Positions 24,772 through 37,597 of a DNA stretch of 64,000 nt are shown piece after piece. The position numbers were made by a program, and so were the translations under genes. The notes under the pieces are model-generated. The model ran no database searches. It worked only from the letters and a program-made list of their open reading frames with translations, and was not told the DNA's origin. Location of the stretch: assembly GCA_951406725.2 (NCBI GenBank), contig OX597823.1, positions 38,812,001 to 38,876,000 of the forward strand, read 5' to 3'. The stretch is from Octopus vulgaris. Its lineage: Eukaryota. Each line of letters starts with the position of its first letter. The stretch's first letter is position 1.

Positions 24772-25187
24772 TAATAATAATAATTTCTACCATAGGCACA
24801 AGGTCTGAAATTTGTAGGGAAAGGGATTAGTTGATTATGTCAACCCCACTGTTCAAGTAATATTAATTTTATCAACTTCGAAATGATGAAAGGCAAAGTT
24901 TACCTCAGTGGGATTTGAACTCAGAACAAAGAGAGCTGCAAGAAATACCACTCAACATATTATTTGATGTAATATCTGCCAATCCACTATGATAATAATA
25001 ATAATGTTTTTTGTTATTTAGGCACAAGGCCAGGAATTTTGAGAGGAGGGTTTTAATCAATACCAGCAACCCTAGTACTTGACTGGTACTTTATTTTATC
25101 AACCCTGAAAAGATGAAAGACAAAGTCGATCTCAGCAGGATATGAACTCAGAATATAAAGAGCCAAAACAAGCATTTTTCCAACACT
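24497..25187 (-). mobile_element. Three tandem family-C SINEs separated by (TAA)n
   Basis: Copies at about 24497-24715, 24785-24990 and 25018-25187, each with cacaagg..ga(a)att..gatgaaag(g/a)caaagt..aactcagaa. Confidence 0.85.
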
Positions 25188-25189
25188 TA

Positions 25190-26074
25190 CAAGTTGGTAT
25201 CAAAAGGTTCCCAGCTAGTTATGTTTAATAAAAAAAATAACTTATCTACCTTAAGTTTTAGCATCATCGCCTTTGAAATAGTCACCTTGTGCAGCAATAC
25301 ACAGGCTTCAGCATTCCTGCCGCTTTTGGAATCCGGTCTGGAAGTCGTTTTCCACAGGCGAATTAAGGACCTTCTGTGTTTTGCTCTGGATCTCAACAAC
25401 GGTATTAAAATGGCAACCTTTGAGCAGCATTTTCATCTTGGGTAAGAGATGGAAGTCTGCAGGTGCTAAATCTGGCAAATAGGGTGGGTGCAGAAGTGAT
25501 GCCATGTTGTTTTTGGTGACAAAATCACGAGTGAGGAGAGCTCGGTGAAGAATCCAACTCTTTGCACTCCACATTCGCTTTTGCCGAATGTCATCCCTCA
25601 TTTGCTTCAAAACATTACAGTAGAATTATCGATTGATAGTCTGGCCCTAGGGGATTAATTCTTAATGCACAATACCACATTTTCAAGGTGACACTCATGG
25701 CAGATCCTCCAGATAGCTCATCATCTTCCAGAGATGTTCTTCTGCTTTTGATGTGCCCATGCTACTTGTAACATTGTGTATTATGACTCATTGCTTCATC
25801 ACTGTAAGTTTGCTTAAGTATGCTCAATGTCTTTGTAGCAGACTTCCCAAGTTTAATGTAAAATTTTACATTAGCTCTTTGTTCCTGTCCATGACAAAAA
25901 CGCAGACTACAGTGTACATGTGATCACAAAAATACAAATTTCACAACTTGCTCCATAAACACAGTGATGTTACTCAACACACCGCCGCATGAAGGTCACT
26001 GCAAACTCTCACTGTATATTGCCGTCTGTTGGCATGCTACAGAACTAGCCCGGGAACTTTTTGATGCCATCTTG
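25190..26074 (-). mobile_element. Internally deleted mariner transposon with both TIRs and TA target duplication
   Basis: TA|caagttggtatcaaaaggttcccagctagtt ... aactagcccgggaactttttgatgccatcttg|TA. Minus-strand remnant HPPYLPDLAPADFHLLPKMKMLLKGCHF matches the mariner YSPDLAP motif. Confidence 0.9.
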
Positions 26075-28032
26075 TATGGTTCTACCACATCATCATCATC
26101 ATTGTCAGTAACACTGTTATCACCAATCATTTTCTTTTTTTTTTTTTTTGGCAAGTATACTACTATGCACCACAATACTGAATCATTTTATCTGCATGTT
26201 TACTTCCTGAAAATTCTTCTAACTCCACCTTTTCGAAATTCTCTCAAGCCTACACCTAATTCATTTACCATTTTGTCTTCCTCTCACCAGTCTCTCACAA
26301 TGTATTTATACCAATGCAAACTCATATATACTCCTACCAAGTCATTGTCCTCACCAGACATTGCAGGGTGTAAAAATACACTTGGTTGACAAACAACTGA
26401 CTTTCAGCTTAAACCAAAGTAAATCAAAAGAAAAAGTCACATTTAGTTTCTGTTTAACATGAAAGAAAAAGAAAATGATGCTTTAGTAAAAAGCGTAAAT
26501 ACAAGATGAATAAGAACTTTCAGGCAAGCCAGGAGCTCTATTTCAAGTGATTGAGATTGTAATGATAATATAAGCAGGAAGTAGGCCATACTAAGTGACT
26601 AACTTGAGATTAGGAAGAGCAGCAACAACTATCATTAGTGATTAATATAATATATAAAATAAACATGTTTGTGTATAAGAAGAAAGAGAATACTTTAACA
26701 AGAGACAGCTGACATATAACAGTAGCTTGTAGTAGTTAGAACAAACAAGGTTACAATCCAACACTGCTGCCACTTACATGCAGTAAATATGCATAACTGA
26801 GATAGCTGAAATATTTTGCAATTTCTACTTCACCATGGCAATGGCAAACCAGACAAGGTTCTTCTGTATTGCATGCAGTGGAATCTGAGAATTTTTTAAT
26901 GATGGAGAAATGTGGGACTGGCAATTCGTTGAAAAATTACAAATGCCAGTGATATTCCCATACTGCCATTGTTATAATTATCCCCATTATCATCATCACT
27001 ACCATTCAAAACACCAATATCAATATCATCATCATAGCTCCATTCTCCAGCATGAATGGATGTCATTGTCATCATCATCCTACTCCTCCTCTGTTAATGT
27101 CCATCTTCTATGCTAGCATGGGTTGGCTGGTTTGACAGGATCTGATGTAGTTCCCCAACCTGTCAACTCCTGTCAAACTGTCCAATCCATGCCAGTAAAA
27201 AGACAGATTATGATATTTGCTTATCCATTCATACTGGTACAGTAAATATTGTAAACTAAAATGTGAAACTTCTGATAGAATCATTATGTTACCCTGGTTT
27301 CATTGATTCCTAGTGGTACTTATTTCACTTACTCCCCACTAATAATCTTTAGGAAACAGAATGAACACTACAACTACTACTGCCAGCCACACTGAATTTG
27401 ATGGGATTGGTCAACTGTTGATAGCTATATCAGTTCACCAAAGGCTGAGCTAGTAGTACTAATTACTGTATTGTATTCAAAACTATTTACTGTAAACAAG
27501 AGAAATAACAAAAACAAAAAATTCAAATGAAGAAAAATTCAGTAAAAGTGGGGATACCTCTAAGAGTTGACCACTAAGACTTAACCTTCTCCAATCACAG
27601 GCACATGCTCAGAGCAGGCCTGTTTACTTAGACCATGCTAATCACTCTTTTCAACAAGCTTATTTCTCTTTTCAAGAGGAAATTTGTAAAGTTGATGAGG
27701 GAATGGCCAAAAGGGAACATGAATCTGTCTTTATCCCATTTAATCTTGTCTACCACACAATCTCTTTCAAGACCACCAGACAGATAAAGCTGCCAGCCCT
27801 TTCAGGCCAATGGAATAGATGACAAATTGACACAAGGGGATAATATTTACAATGGACTTAGCTGAGAGCTGGATAATATTAATAATAATGATATCAGAAT
27901 CAGAGTCTGCCACAAGAAATTATTAAACAAATATTCTTAAAATTGATGCTGATCTTTCTTGTTGCTTTTATGGTACATCCAGATAAAAAAAAATGATCAA
28001 CTCATTTCTGGATGCTTTATGTTAACCTCAAA

Positions 28033-28450
28033 TCATCATCATCATCATCATCGTTTAACGTCCGTTCTCCATGCTAGCATGGGTTGGACGGTTCGACCGG
28101 GGATCTGGGAAGCCAGAAGGCTGCACCAGGCTCCAGTCTTATCTGGCAATGTTTCTACAGCTGGATGCCCTTCCTAACGCCAACCACTCCGTGAGTGTAG
28201 TGGGTGCTTTTTACGTGCCACCTGCACAGGTGCCAGGCGAGGCTGGCAACAGCCACGGTCAGATTGGTGTATTTTATGTGCCACTGGCACGGAAGCCAGT
28301 CGAGGCGGTGCTGGCATTGGCCACGAGTCGGATAGTGCTTTTTACGTACCACCAGACCAGGGATCCTGGCTGGTTCAATTCGATTTCGATTTCGCTTGCC
28401 CCAACATGTCTTCACAAGCAAAGGGGGTTGGCATGGGTGCCTGTCGTATG
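28033..28450 (-). mobile_element. RTE LINE 3' UTR fragment, near-identical to 3989-4360
   Basis: Same (CAT)n tail and body; extends about 60 nt further 5'. Confidence 0.8.
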
Positions 28451-28524
28451 GTCGATAGACTTGGTCAGTATTTGCACTGGTTCAATGCTGTCAGTTTTGA
28501 TTCATATGTGAGAAGAACTGACAG

Positions 28525-29795
28525 GAACATAAGATTATCAAAGTAGTAGAAAATAAAGGTACCACCTTTCCTTGGGACTTTAGTATTCAAACTGATTAAG
28601 CAATAAATACATGGGCTGTCTCTTTAATGCAATATGGCACAGGTGTTGATAAATAGACAACGAATAAGCTTGAAGAAATGGATAGAAAGACCAGGAAAGT
28701 GATGACGATGAACATAGAACTGCACTTTAAAAGTGATGTAGATTGTATATGTCTAGAAACAAGGAATGAAGTGGGCTCATAGAATACAAGAGCTGCGTTG
28801 TCAATGAGGAAAACAGTTTGGCATGGTACATCAAATAGCAGATGAAACCTTTGATTGTTGCCGTTAGAAATAGCAACATGATACCTAGTGAAAATGTGAC
28901 ACACCCAAAAGAATCTAACAAGATGAAGAGCAAAGATTGAACAACTGGAAAGTGAAAGTGATGCAAGGGCTATACTTCAAAGATATGGAAGGGAAGGCAA
29001 TGCCAACATCTGGAGGTGGCTAAGGGATAGTGATCTGAAAGGATGCACTGATGCACTGATATGCAGTATTCAGGAACAAGTTTTAAGAACAAATTACAAT
29101 AAGTTACAAATATATAAGAGTATTGAATCACCCCTTTATAGGATGAGTAGCGTCAAAATGAAACAGTCTCACATATTGTGGGAGAGTATAATAAACTGGT
29201 TCAAAAGGAAGTATGATAATGTAGCTATGCATGCTCATGGGAGATTGGATGAGAAGTACATTTTGAAAGGACATTGAAATGTCACAATTATAAACCAGGT
29301 GTCACTGAGAATGATGAGTATATGGTCTTGTGGGATTTTACAATCCATTAAGATTAGGTGATTGATGCTTAGGGACCAGACATTGTTGTATTTGATAAAA
29401 TGATGAAGTAAACCAAGATCATAGATATTGTCATACCTGAGAATGTATGAGTGGATGATAAAGAACTGGAAAAAATTGAGAAGTAAAAGCCCCCGTGAAT
29501 GTAGACAATGAAGAAACTATTGTCCCAGTAATTATAGGAGCATAAGGAGTATTTAACAACTAGGTTTGAGAAATTTGTTAGAGAAAATGGGATTGACATG
29601 AAGGTAGAACATGCTCAGAAAACTGCTTAATTGTGGACTGAGGATTTTGAGATTTGTACTTGGATGTTAAGTATCATGGAAGAAGATTCTGTAAGATCCT
29701 TGATAACAGGTTGTTGTCCCCTGTTACAAAATTAGCTGAAGCAAGTAAAATCAAGAGCTCTGAGAAGTGAAATGTACAACAACAACAATAATAAT
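28525..29795 (+). mobile_element. Dong/R4-clade non-LTR retrotransposon 3' fragment (RT C-terminus and restriction-like endonuclease), decayed
   Basis: AINTWAVSLMQYG..EEMDRKTRKVMTM..KSDVD..LKGCTDALICSIQEQVLRTNY..ETVSHIV..VLWDFTI..PDIVVFDK..IIDIVIP..KELEKIEK..VPVIIGA, ending in a (CAA)(TAA) tail. Confidence 0.85.
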
Positions 29796-30233
29796 CTAAT
29801 TTCTTTATTATTTCCACATGAGTAGACATAACAGGGACATGGTCCCAAAATCAAAAAAAGAAACAAGGAAGAAAAACATAAAGAAGAGAATAATGTGAGA
29901 CTCCTTACCAATTTCAATTCCCAGACCACCAACACCATACAGCAATACAGACGCTTGTGCCATCCTTTTCATGGCTGTGTCACCCAAAACATATCTCTGT
30001 CGACTGAAAAGAATAAAAGACGATAATTCTAGATAAATATTAAATTACAAAAGGCATACAAAATTTTTTTTTTATATAACTTCATAGTAGAAGAGTTTAA
30101 CACAGTGAATAGAAGGGTGATGTAACTCCAAGTCATTACTAATCAGACAGACATATGATAAAAAACAGTACAACCATCTCATTTATTCTTGCATACATAA
30201 TGTCTCTAAGACTACGTTATACAGAAAATGGAT

Positions 30234-30418
30234 ACGGGCATGGGTGAATAGTTAAGAAGATTACTTTCCAGGCATGTGGCCTCAGGTTCAGCTCCACTAT
30301 GCAATACCTTAGTCAAGTATCTCATACTATAGCCCTGAGTTGACCAAAGCCTTACTTTGGTAGATGGAAACTGAAAGAAGTCCAACATTTGTGAATGCAT
30401 GTGTGTGTGTTTGTGTTT

Positions 30419-30450
<32 letters not shown>

Positions 30451-30510
30451 ACATATACTCTTGTCCAGACATCACATGATGGTTGTAAACGAACATCATC
30501 ATCATTGTCA
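30234..30510 (+). mobile_element. Family-A SINE, degenerate 5' part
   Basis: ggttcagctccactatgcaataccttagtcaagtatctcatactatagccctgagttgaccaaagcc..ggtagatggaaactgaaagaag. Confidence 0.7.
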
Positions 30511-31009
30511 TCATCATCACACAGGTAAGATTCTTCATATGTAAGAATCAAAAAGTTATGAGGGGTTTTAGTATGTGCTTACATCAGAACTTGACCATCA
30601 AATCTATGCCAACTCAGTAATCTCTCTGCCATACACCAGCCAACAACTCTGATGGCTGGGTATGTTTCTTTTAATTGCATTCAAACATGACTCATTCAAT
30701 GGACCAAGCTCAACCCAGTCCTCTCCATTCATAGCAGACTCTATGTATATACATTTAAATGCATTCATTCATTTCAATTATTGAAACAAATAGGAGGCAG
30801 GTAAACTTTCATTGATATTTAGAGAGAAGAAAATGTTATTTGCTAATAGTGAGATATGGCTATATGAAACAGATGTCTAGCAGACGGACACTTGCAGCTG
30901 TTGTCACCTGAATGGGAAAAATATGCAGATAATTGCAAATATTCAAATTAAGAAGTATTGAGCGGTGAAGACATCAAATTTTACTGGGGAGGTGCAATTT
31001 GTAGAATTT

Positions 31010-31328
31010 CTGCTTTTATAGTTGTATAGTTAAGAAGTTTGCTTTGCAATCCTGTGGTTTTAGGTTTAGATCTATTGTTGGCACCTTGGACAAATGTCTT
31101 CCACAATAGACTCGGGTCAACCAATGGTTTGTAAGTGAGATATAATAGACAGAAACTATATGGAAACTTGATGTATAATGTGTGTGCGTGTGCTTGTTCC
31201 ATAACTTAACAGTTAAATAAATGAAGATGAACACAAAAGTATTACGCATCAAAATAAATAAAAATGGCATCAGCTAAACTCTTGAAGGCAGTGCCCCAGC
31301 ATGGCCTCAGTGCAATGTCAGAAACCAG

Positions 31329-31330
<2 letters not shown>
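31010..31330 (+). mobile_element. Family-A SINE, degenerate
   Basis: gcaccttggacaaatgtcttcc..ctcgggtcaacca and tail gaaggcagtgccccagcatggcc. Confidence 0.6.
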
Positions 31331-31368
<38 letters not shown>

Positions 31369-31689
31369 AAGAATATAAATTAAATTCAGAATTTAAACTG
31401 TGAATTCATAAGTCTAAAGACATTTTGGAAGCATAATAAATAAATATATATATAAATAAATGAAAATACAAATTCTTTTATAAATATGAACATTCTTAGA
31501 ATTGTCAGGGATGATTTAATACCTAAAAGATGAAAGATTTACAGACAAGCTGAACATTCATAAGATAATCATAGGATGAGGCATTAGTTCTTAGAATGGA
31601 TCAAAGACTATATTTTCGTAGTTCTGTCTTGATATCAGTTTTATAGCTACAAGATAAGGAGAAACAACAAAATTTCAAATTTTTGTCCA

Positions 31690-32260
31690 ACACCAGGAAA
31701 TTTTAGGAGGAGGAAGCTAGTTGATTACATCAGGATCCCCAGTACTTGGCTAGTACAGTATCTTATCAACCCTAAAAGAATCAAAAGCAAAGTCAACTTG
31801 GTGAAACTTGATCTTAGAATATAAGTCAAAAGTAATGCCACTAAGCACTTTGTTCAATATGCTAACCAATCTGTCATCTTAGTAATAATGGTAATTCTTT
31901 CTACTATATGCACAAAGCCTGAAATTTGTGGCAAGGAGCCAATCGATTACATTGATGCCAGTGCTCAGTTTGTACTTATTTTATTCACCTTGAAAATATG
32001 AAAAACAAAGATGACTGAACTTAGAACATAAAGCTGAAAAAAATGCCATGAAGCATTTTGTTTGGCATGCTAACAATTCTGCCATCTTGCCACCTTAATA
32101 ATAATAGATTTGGTAGGTAATTGGCAGACTTGTTAGAGTACTGAATAGAATGATTCAGAGTTTCTACTTTGACTTTCCGCTCTCTGGGTTCATATCCACC
32201 TGAGGTCAACTTTGCCTTTTCTCCTTTTGGGGGTCAATCAATAAAAAAGTATCAATTGTG
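31690..32260. mobile_element. Cluster of family-C SINEs (two minus, one plus)
   Basis: aaagcaaagtcaac / ctactatatgcacaaagcctgaaatt..aagcattttgtttggcatgctaac / gaggtcaactttgcctttt cores. Confidence 0.65.
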
Positions 32261-32689
32261 AACATTAGATTGGTAGAACTGCCAGAGAATGAAGCATGAT
32301 GTGGTGTTTGTTCTGGTTCTTTGCATTCTGACAACACTTGTGCCAAGCTATACTGGTCTAAGTCAGTGGCTTTTCCTTTTGATAAATGTCAGTGGCACAG
32401 AGCGAGGCTACATGCATGGGTATCTGTTGGTCTTCGTTTTAAAAAAATCTTGCTCCGACCAGTGCATATATGCACAGATGCATGGTGAATAGCCCCTATT
32501 CTCACCATTGCAAGGTAGAGAGGAAATGCCAACAGTCTATGTAGGTTTTTTAAGGCCAGCATAGTCAGTACTGTTAATTTAACTCAAATTTCTCTAGATT
32601 CATAAGTAGAAGGAAACTGTAAGTTGAGGTGTGAGTTTCAGAAAGTTGCATTTCAAGTGAGAAAGGAAGGTTTAGCAAAAAGTATGATG

Positions 32690-32885
32690 TTTTGAGAAAG
32701 AGAGTGAGAGAGAAGATAGGAGAGAGGGAGAGAGATGGAAAGAGGGGAGGAAAGGGAAGGGGGAGAGAGAGACAAGGAGAGACGGGATGATGGAGACATG
32801 GAGAAAAGGGGAGAAAGAGAGGGAGTGAGGGGCAAGAAGAGAAGGGAAGAGAGAGAGGAGAAAGAAGAGAAGGGAAAAGAGAGAA
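32690..32885. repeat. Polypurine (GA-rich) low-complexity tract
   Basis: Directly visible; explains the spurious ORFs at 32653 and 32735. Confidence 0.9.
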
Positions 32886-33585
32886 TATTTAAGTGTATCA
32901 AGGGAGCTATAGTCAATGTGGAACCCATCTTGCTAGTTGAGGGTAGTAGGAACCATTGTTGAGCAGGAGAGAGTAGTGTCAGATCATGGGGAGAGGTACA
33001 GATGGCTAATGACTGTAGTATTTTGATGAATGAAGAATTACTAATTAACAATCAGATAGCCTTCTCTAAAAGTGTGGGTGGATGCAAACTGTTTATATTA
33101 TATACATAGCAGTTTTCCCATGTTTCAGATATATAAATAGAACACTAAACTGTGTCACACTTTGCTGTATGGAAGGTCAGCAGCTGTTCAGCATTGAAAC
33201 ATTTTCTGGTTCTAAAAGTAGAAGCTGAAACTTTGAAGCGCAGCTTTCAATGTACCCTGCACCCCTTCCTATCATCTACATTTCTGAATGAGTCCTTCCT
33301 TTTATTTGAAAATTGATTTTACAAAGGCTTGGCTGCTATAACAAGCAAGATAGTAAAAGCTCCTTTATGAGCTCGATGTGCCATCAGCATAAAAGATCAC
33401 TATAGACAGTTAAGTTTTGCATTTATAAAGATGTTAGTTGTATTCATGAACATGGAAAATGTGGTGATATAGTTGTATAGTTCTGTGCTTCTTTGACATA
33501 TGCTTGGAGCCCTGCAATAGTTGTTCTAAACACCCATAAATTGTGAAATGTGCATTTATCCTTATTTCTTTATTTCTCATATATA

Positions 33586-33599
<14 letters not shown>

Positions 33600-33616
<17 letters not shown>

Positions 33617-35057
33617 GCGTGCGTGCATGAGAGTATGACACCCCCACCTGGTAAGAATGGACTGGACCACTACATATAAACAGTAGTGGCCTGAGTAAGT
33701 AAGTTATAAAATCATCATGCTAGTTTCACAGTTCTTATGTTGATGGTTCAAAGATGGAGTACAAAGTTTACAGTTCGAGTTAGAATGTTGGATTGTTTGT
33801 TCTTAAACGATTGTTGCTACATTCTATGTGGTTACTGCCATTTGTTTTGATTATATCGTTATTACACTGTTGCAGTATATTTGTTTATCCATAAGGAGAT
33901 AACATCTGGCGACGTGGAGCGCTCAAAACTCACATAGGTTATTTGACAATTTCTGCATCATGGAAAACCTACTAGCTGCAATAGTACAGCTTCAAGAGAA
34001 GCAACAGGAACAAGTACAGAAGTTGCAAAAACAAACACTACAACAACAATTAACTGAGTTACAGTCGGTGAAGTCCAAAAATCCAGTTAGCTCATTTATA
34101 TCAGATGGCGTGGCTAATGCAATTTCTGAATTTATGTACAATCCAGGAATATTACATTTCCTGCATATTACAGAAGATACGAGGAAATTTTTAACAACAA
34201 TTACAAGTCCTATGAATGGCGCTTACTACCTAATCATAGTGGATGGCTGTACTAAGTGGCCAGAGGTTTGCAGGTGCTATAGACCAACCTCTAAGACAAT
34301 TATAAAGTTCTTACATGAATTGCTTGCACGATATGGTGTCCCTGACACACTGGTTTCAGACAATGGAACACAGTTCTCTGGGTATGAATTCAAAAACTTC
34401 TGTAAAAGGCATGCAATAATGCATATTCTCACTCCACCCGATGTCAAATGGACAGGTAGAAAGATTTGTGGAACCTTTAAGAGAGTGTTAAGAAAAGTGA
34501 GGAATGAATTTAAGTAATGATGAAGCACTGACAAATTTCTTAAGAACATATGGAGTGACCCTCCAATCCAAGTACAAATTCAAGGAAGTCTCTTGTAGAA
34601 TTGATGTTCGCAAGAAGAATAAAATCCATTTTTGATAAGCTATTACCATAGAAAAAAAGACAGAAAAGAAATACAAAACAGCAAACGAAATATGTCAAGA
34701 TTGATGATAAAATGCATTTCAAAACCTATAGATACAGTAAAGAAAACTGGGAAGATGACCTTGTTACCATAAAAATTGGAAGTATGATGTATCTAATTAA
34801 AGGGTCACATGGTGAACATAAAGAGACAGAAAAACCAACTAAGGAAGAGGCATACCCATGATGAGGAAGAAATACTGATGGTAGTATTTAGTGAAATATT
34901 CTATGTACTAGTACCAAAAGTAATAGAGTCCTGTAGAACCAGCATGAGAAAAAGAAAGCAGACTGAACACCTTGAGATAATTCCCAAGCAAAAGTGATAC
35001 TATAAACAGAATGAAGACTGGTACCATCTATGCAGAGGAGTGTGTGAATGTGCACGA
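33600..35057 (+). mobile_element. Gypsy (Mag/K02A2.6-like) LTR retrotransposon relic with a large internal deletion
   Basis: Putative LTR end ..gataaca (33904), then PBS-like tggcgacg (33907), gag start, integrase core and C-terminus, and purine tract agaggag before tgtgtg (35041). LTR limits are uncertain. Confidence 0.8.
33960..34997 (+). pseudogene. Gag N-terminus joined to Gypsy integrase (rve) remnant
   Basis: PMNGAYYLIIVDGCTKWPEV..LHELLARYGVPDTLVSDNGTQFSGYEFKNFC..HILTPP contains the first two DDE aspartates. Downstream ELMFARRIKSIFDKLLP continues with frameshifts. Gag-like motif TFPAYYRRYEEIF lies in a shifted frame near 34152. Confidence 0.85.
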
Positions 35058-35549
35058 TTAAAATTGTGGGAGGCAGTGAATTAGAGAAGTAATTATTGAA
35101 TTTTCAGAATTTTAGAGTAAATAAAATGTGGATCAGATAGAAGCAGGTCAACATGCTGTGAGGGAGAAATCTGGAAAGAAACTTCCTATGTAAGAGATGC
35201 GAGAAGATAAAGCCCCATAGGCAAGAATATTTTCCAAATAATTTTCATCAAACAAACATTTACTGACATCAAAGGTAGCAACACTGTGATCATCTTGTAT
35301 CTGTTGATATCAAAGGCTGACAATCTTGTATTTTTTTAAGACAGAGCACCTGTTCTTTTCATTTTTCTTCTTTTTTTTCCCATTAGAATGTGGTTTGAGG
35401 GAAATTTGGAGGCAATTTTAAGCAACTCAAGTGATACTGAGAGGTGCTCCTTATTGGCTTGCTAGCTGGAGGATGTAGTGGAACATGTTTCCAATACATA
35501 AATGATAATACATTGGAAATTGTAGTGTTCATGTGTTTTATAAAATAAC

Positions 35550-35705
35550 TGATTTCAAATTTTGGCAGAAGGCCAGCAATTTCTGGTGAGAGGGTAAGTC
35601 AACTATACCAACCCCAATGTTCAACAGTACTTATTTTATCAACCCCAAAAAATTAAAGGCAAAGTTGACCTCGGTGAAATTTGAACTTAGACTGTGAAGA
35701 CGGAC
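35550..35705 (-). mobile_element. SINE family C
   Basis: gatttcaaattttggcagaaggccagcaatt..aaaggcaaagttgacctcggtgaaatttgaac. Confidence 0.7.
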
Positions 35706-36254
35706 TAAAATTATTACTACAATAAGTAGAAACATTCTGCCTAAAAATTTTTTTCTCATCCTACAACAATTTTTTCTCCATTGCTGTTTTTGGTTTTTGT
35801 GAAAGGAGAAAAGGCAGGGCCTGTAACCTTTTTCCCACGGGTTTTCTTAGAGCAACTGATTTCATAGATGAATGCTCCTCTTCCTCCTTTAAATGTTAAT
35901 CATTCATGTGTGAATTTGGGATGGAGAATGTTTCCTGTTAAACAGGGAAAAATTGAAAGCTATCAATAATAAAGATTTCTTTACACCAGGAAAAATACTA
36001 ATTGTTAACAGGAAAGGAGAGACGTACAGATCTATTCATGTGGTTAACATGTTAGATTCCCAACAATAGGCCTTTGGATGTTTGATCCCACTATCTTAAG
36101 CAATGAGCAAGTGTTGTCTTTCAGAGCCATGGGTTGAATAATATTGAGAGTAAAATTTTGGTAGAAGAAAGAAACTTTGCAGAAACCTCTTTGTCAGAGA
36201 TTTAGGGATATATTTACCAAGAAATTTGATGACAATGCACTTCATCACCTTTGA

Positions 36255-37050
36255 TCACAATGCACTTCATTACATTGCTGCAGCTTTCAAATAATGTCAC
36301 TCCACTGACAACATATTATCCTTGAAAGGAAAGCCAGTCCAATGCAGTCCATTTACAGTGTGAAATGAAGTGTTCTGCCCCAAAACACAATGCAATCTCT
36401 GGTCAGGGAATCAAACCCACAATCTTGTGATCATGAGTGCAATACCTGAACTACTAGGCTACATGCCTTCACACACACACACACACACACAATATTATAT
36501 TATGTGTGTACCTCCTACTCTTGGCATGTGATCAATATAAACAGGTGTCGTTGTCACTCACATTGCTATTTGTTTCCAATCATCTGTGAAAACATGTCTG
36601 GTCATGAGGAAATGTATAAATCTTACTTGGAAACAGATAAGGGTTGGCAACAGAAAAATCTGCCTCAAGATATTCACACAAACTCACATGTTTTTCTGTG
36701 TGATTGTGTATGTATATGAATGAGATTGTGTCTATGTTAGAATGTGTTTAGGTTTACTAGTGGTTAAAACATTGGGTTCACAATCATGAGGTAATGAGTT
36801 CAATTCCCAGACCAGGCTGTGTGTTGTGTTCTTGAGCGATACATTTTATTTTATGTTGCTCCAGTTCATTCAGCTGTAGAAATGATTTACAATGTCACTG
36901 GTGCCTTTCCCTTGGATAACATTCGTGGCATGGATAACATTCATGGCTGATGGTCTTTCATAAGCAACCTTGCCCAGACTTGTGTCCCAGAGGGTAACTT
37001 TCTAGGTGCAATCCCATGGTCATTCATGACCAAAGGGAGTGTTTACCCTT
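36255..37050. mobile_element. Divergent pair of family-B SINEs (minus 36255-36471, plus 36750-37050) with a family-A-type fragment between
   Basis: gaaatgaagtgttctgccccaaaacacaa..actactaggc and ctagtggttaaaac..gagttcaattcccagaccaggctgtgtgttgtgttcttgagc. Confidence 0.7.
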
Positions 37051-37219
37051 TTATATCAATTCAATTTTACAAAATATCAATTGGCAAAAGAAGTACTAGC
37101 TTGAAATAAGAAGGGGATTTATATAATCCCCTTCTTATTTCAACATTCAGATGGTGTTTTTTTATGTGCCACCAGAATGGGAGCCAGATAGGCACAGGAG
37201 TCACTGTGTGGTAAGCATA

Positions 37220-37597
37220 GGCGCAGGAGTGGCTGTGTGGTAAGTAGCTTGCTTGCCAACCACATGGTTCCGGGTTCATCCCCACTACATGGAACCTTGG
37301 GAAAATGTCTTCTGCTATAGCCTCGGGCTGACCAAAGCCTTGTGAGTGGATTTGGTAAGTGTGTGTGTGTGTATATATCTGTGTGTCTGTGTTTGTCTCC
37401 CAAACATCGCTTGACAACTGATGCTGGTGTGTTTACGTCCCTGTAACTTAGCGGTTCGGCAAAAGAGACAGATAGAATAAGTACTAGGCTTACAAAGAGT
37501 AAGTTCTGGGGTCGATTTGCTTGACAAAAGGCGGTGCTGCAGCATGGCCACAGTCAAATGGCTGAAACAAGTAAAAGAGTAAAGAGTAAAAGAGTAA
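37220..37597 (+). mobile_element. Full-length young family-A SINE (tRNA head, CORE-like ccttggg(c)aa.tgtctt segment, (TAAAAGAG)n tail)
   Basis: ggcgcaggagtggctgtgtggtaag (A box), ggttcatccc (B box), internal TG tract, tail gaaacaagtaaaagagtaaagagtaaaagag. Confidence 0.9.

Noticed and set aside
37220-37300. tRNA genes at SINE heads
   Set aside because: A/B boxes are present, but there is no complete cloverleaf and each continues into a SINE body.
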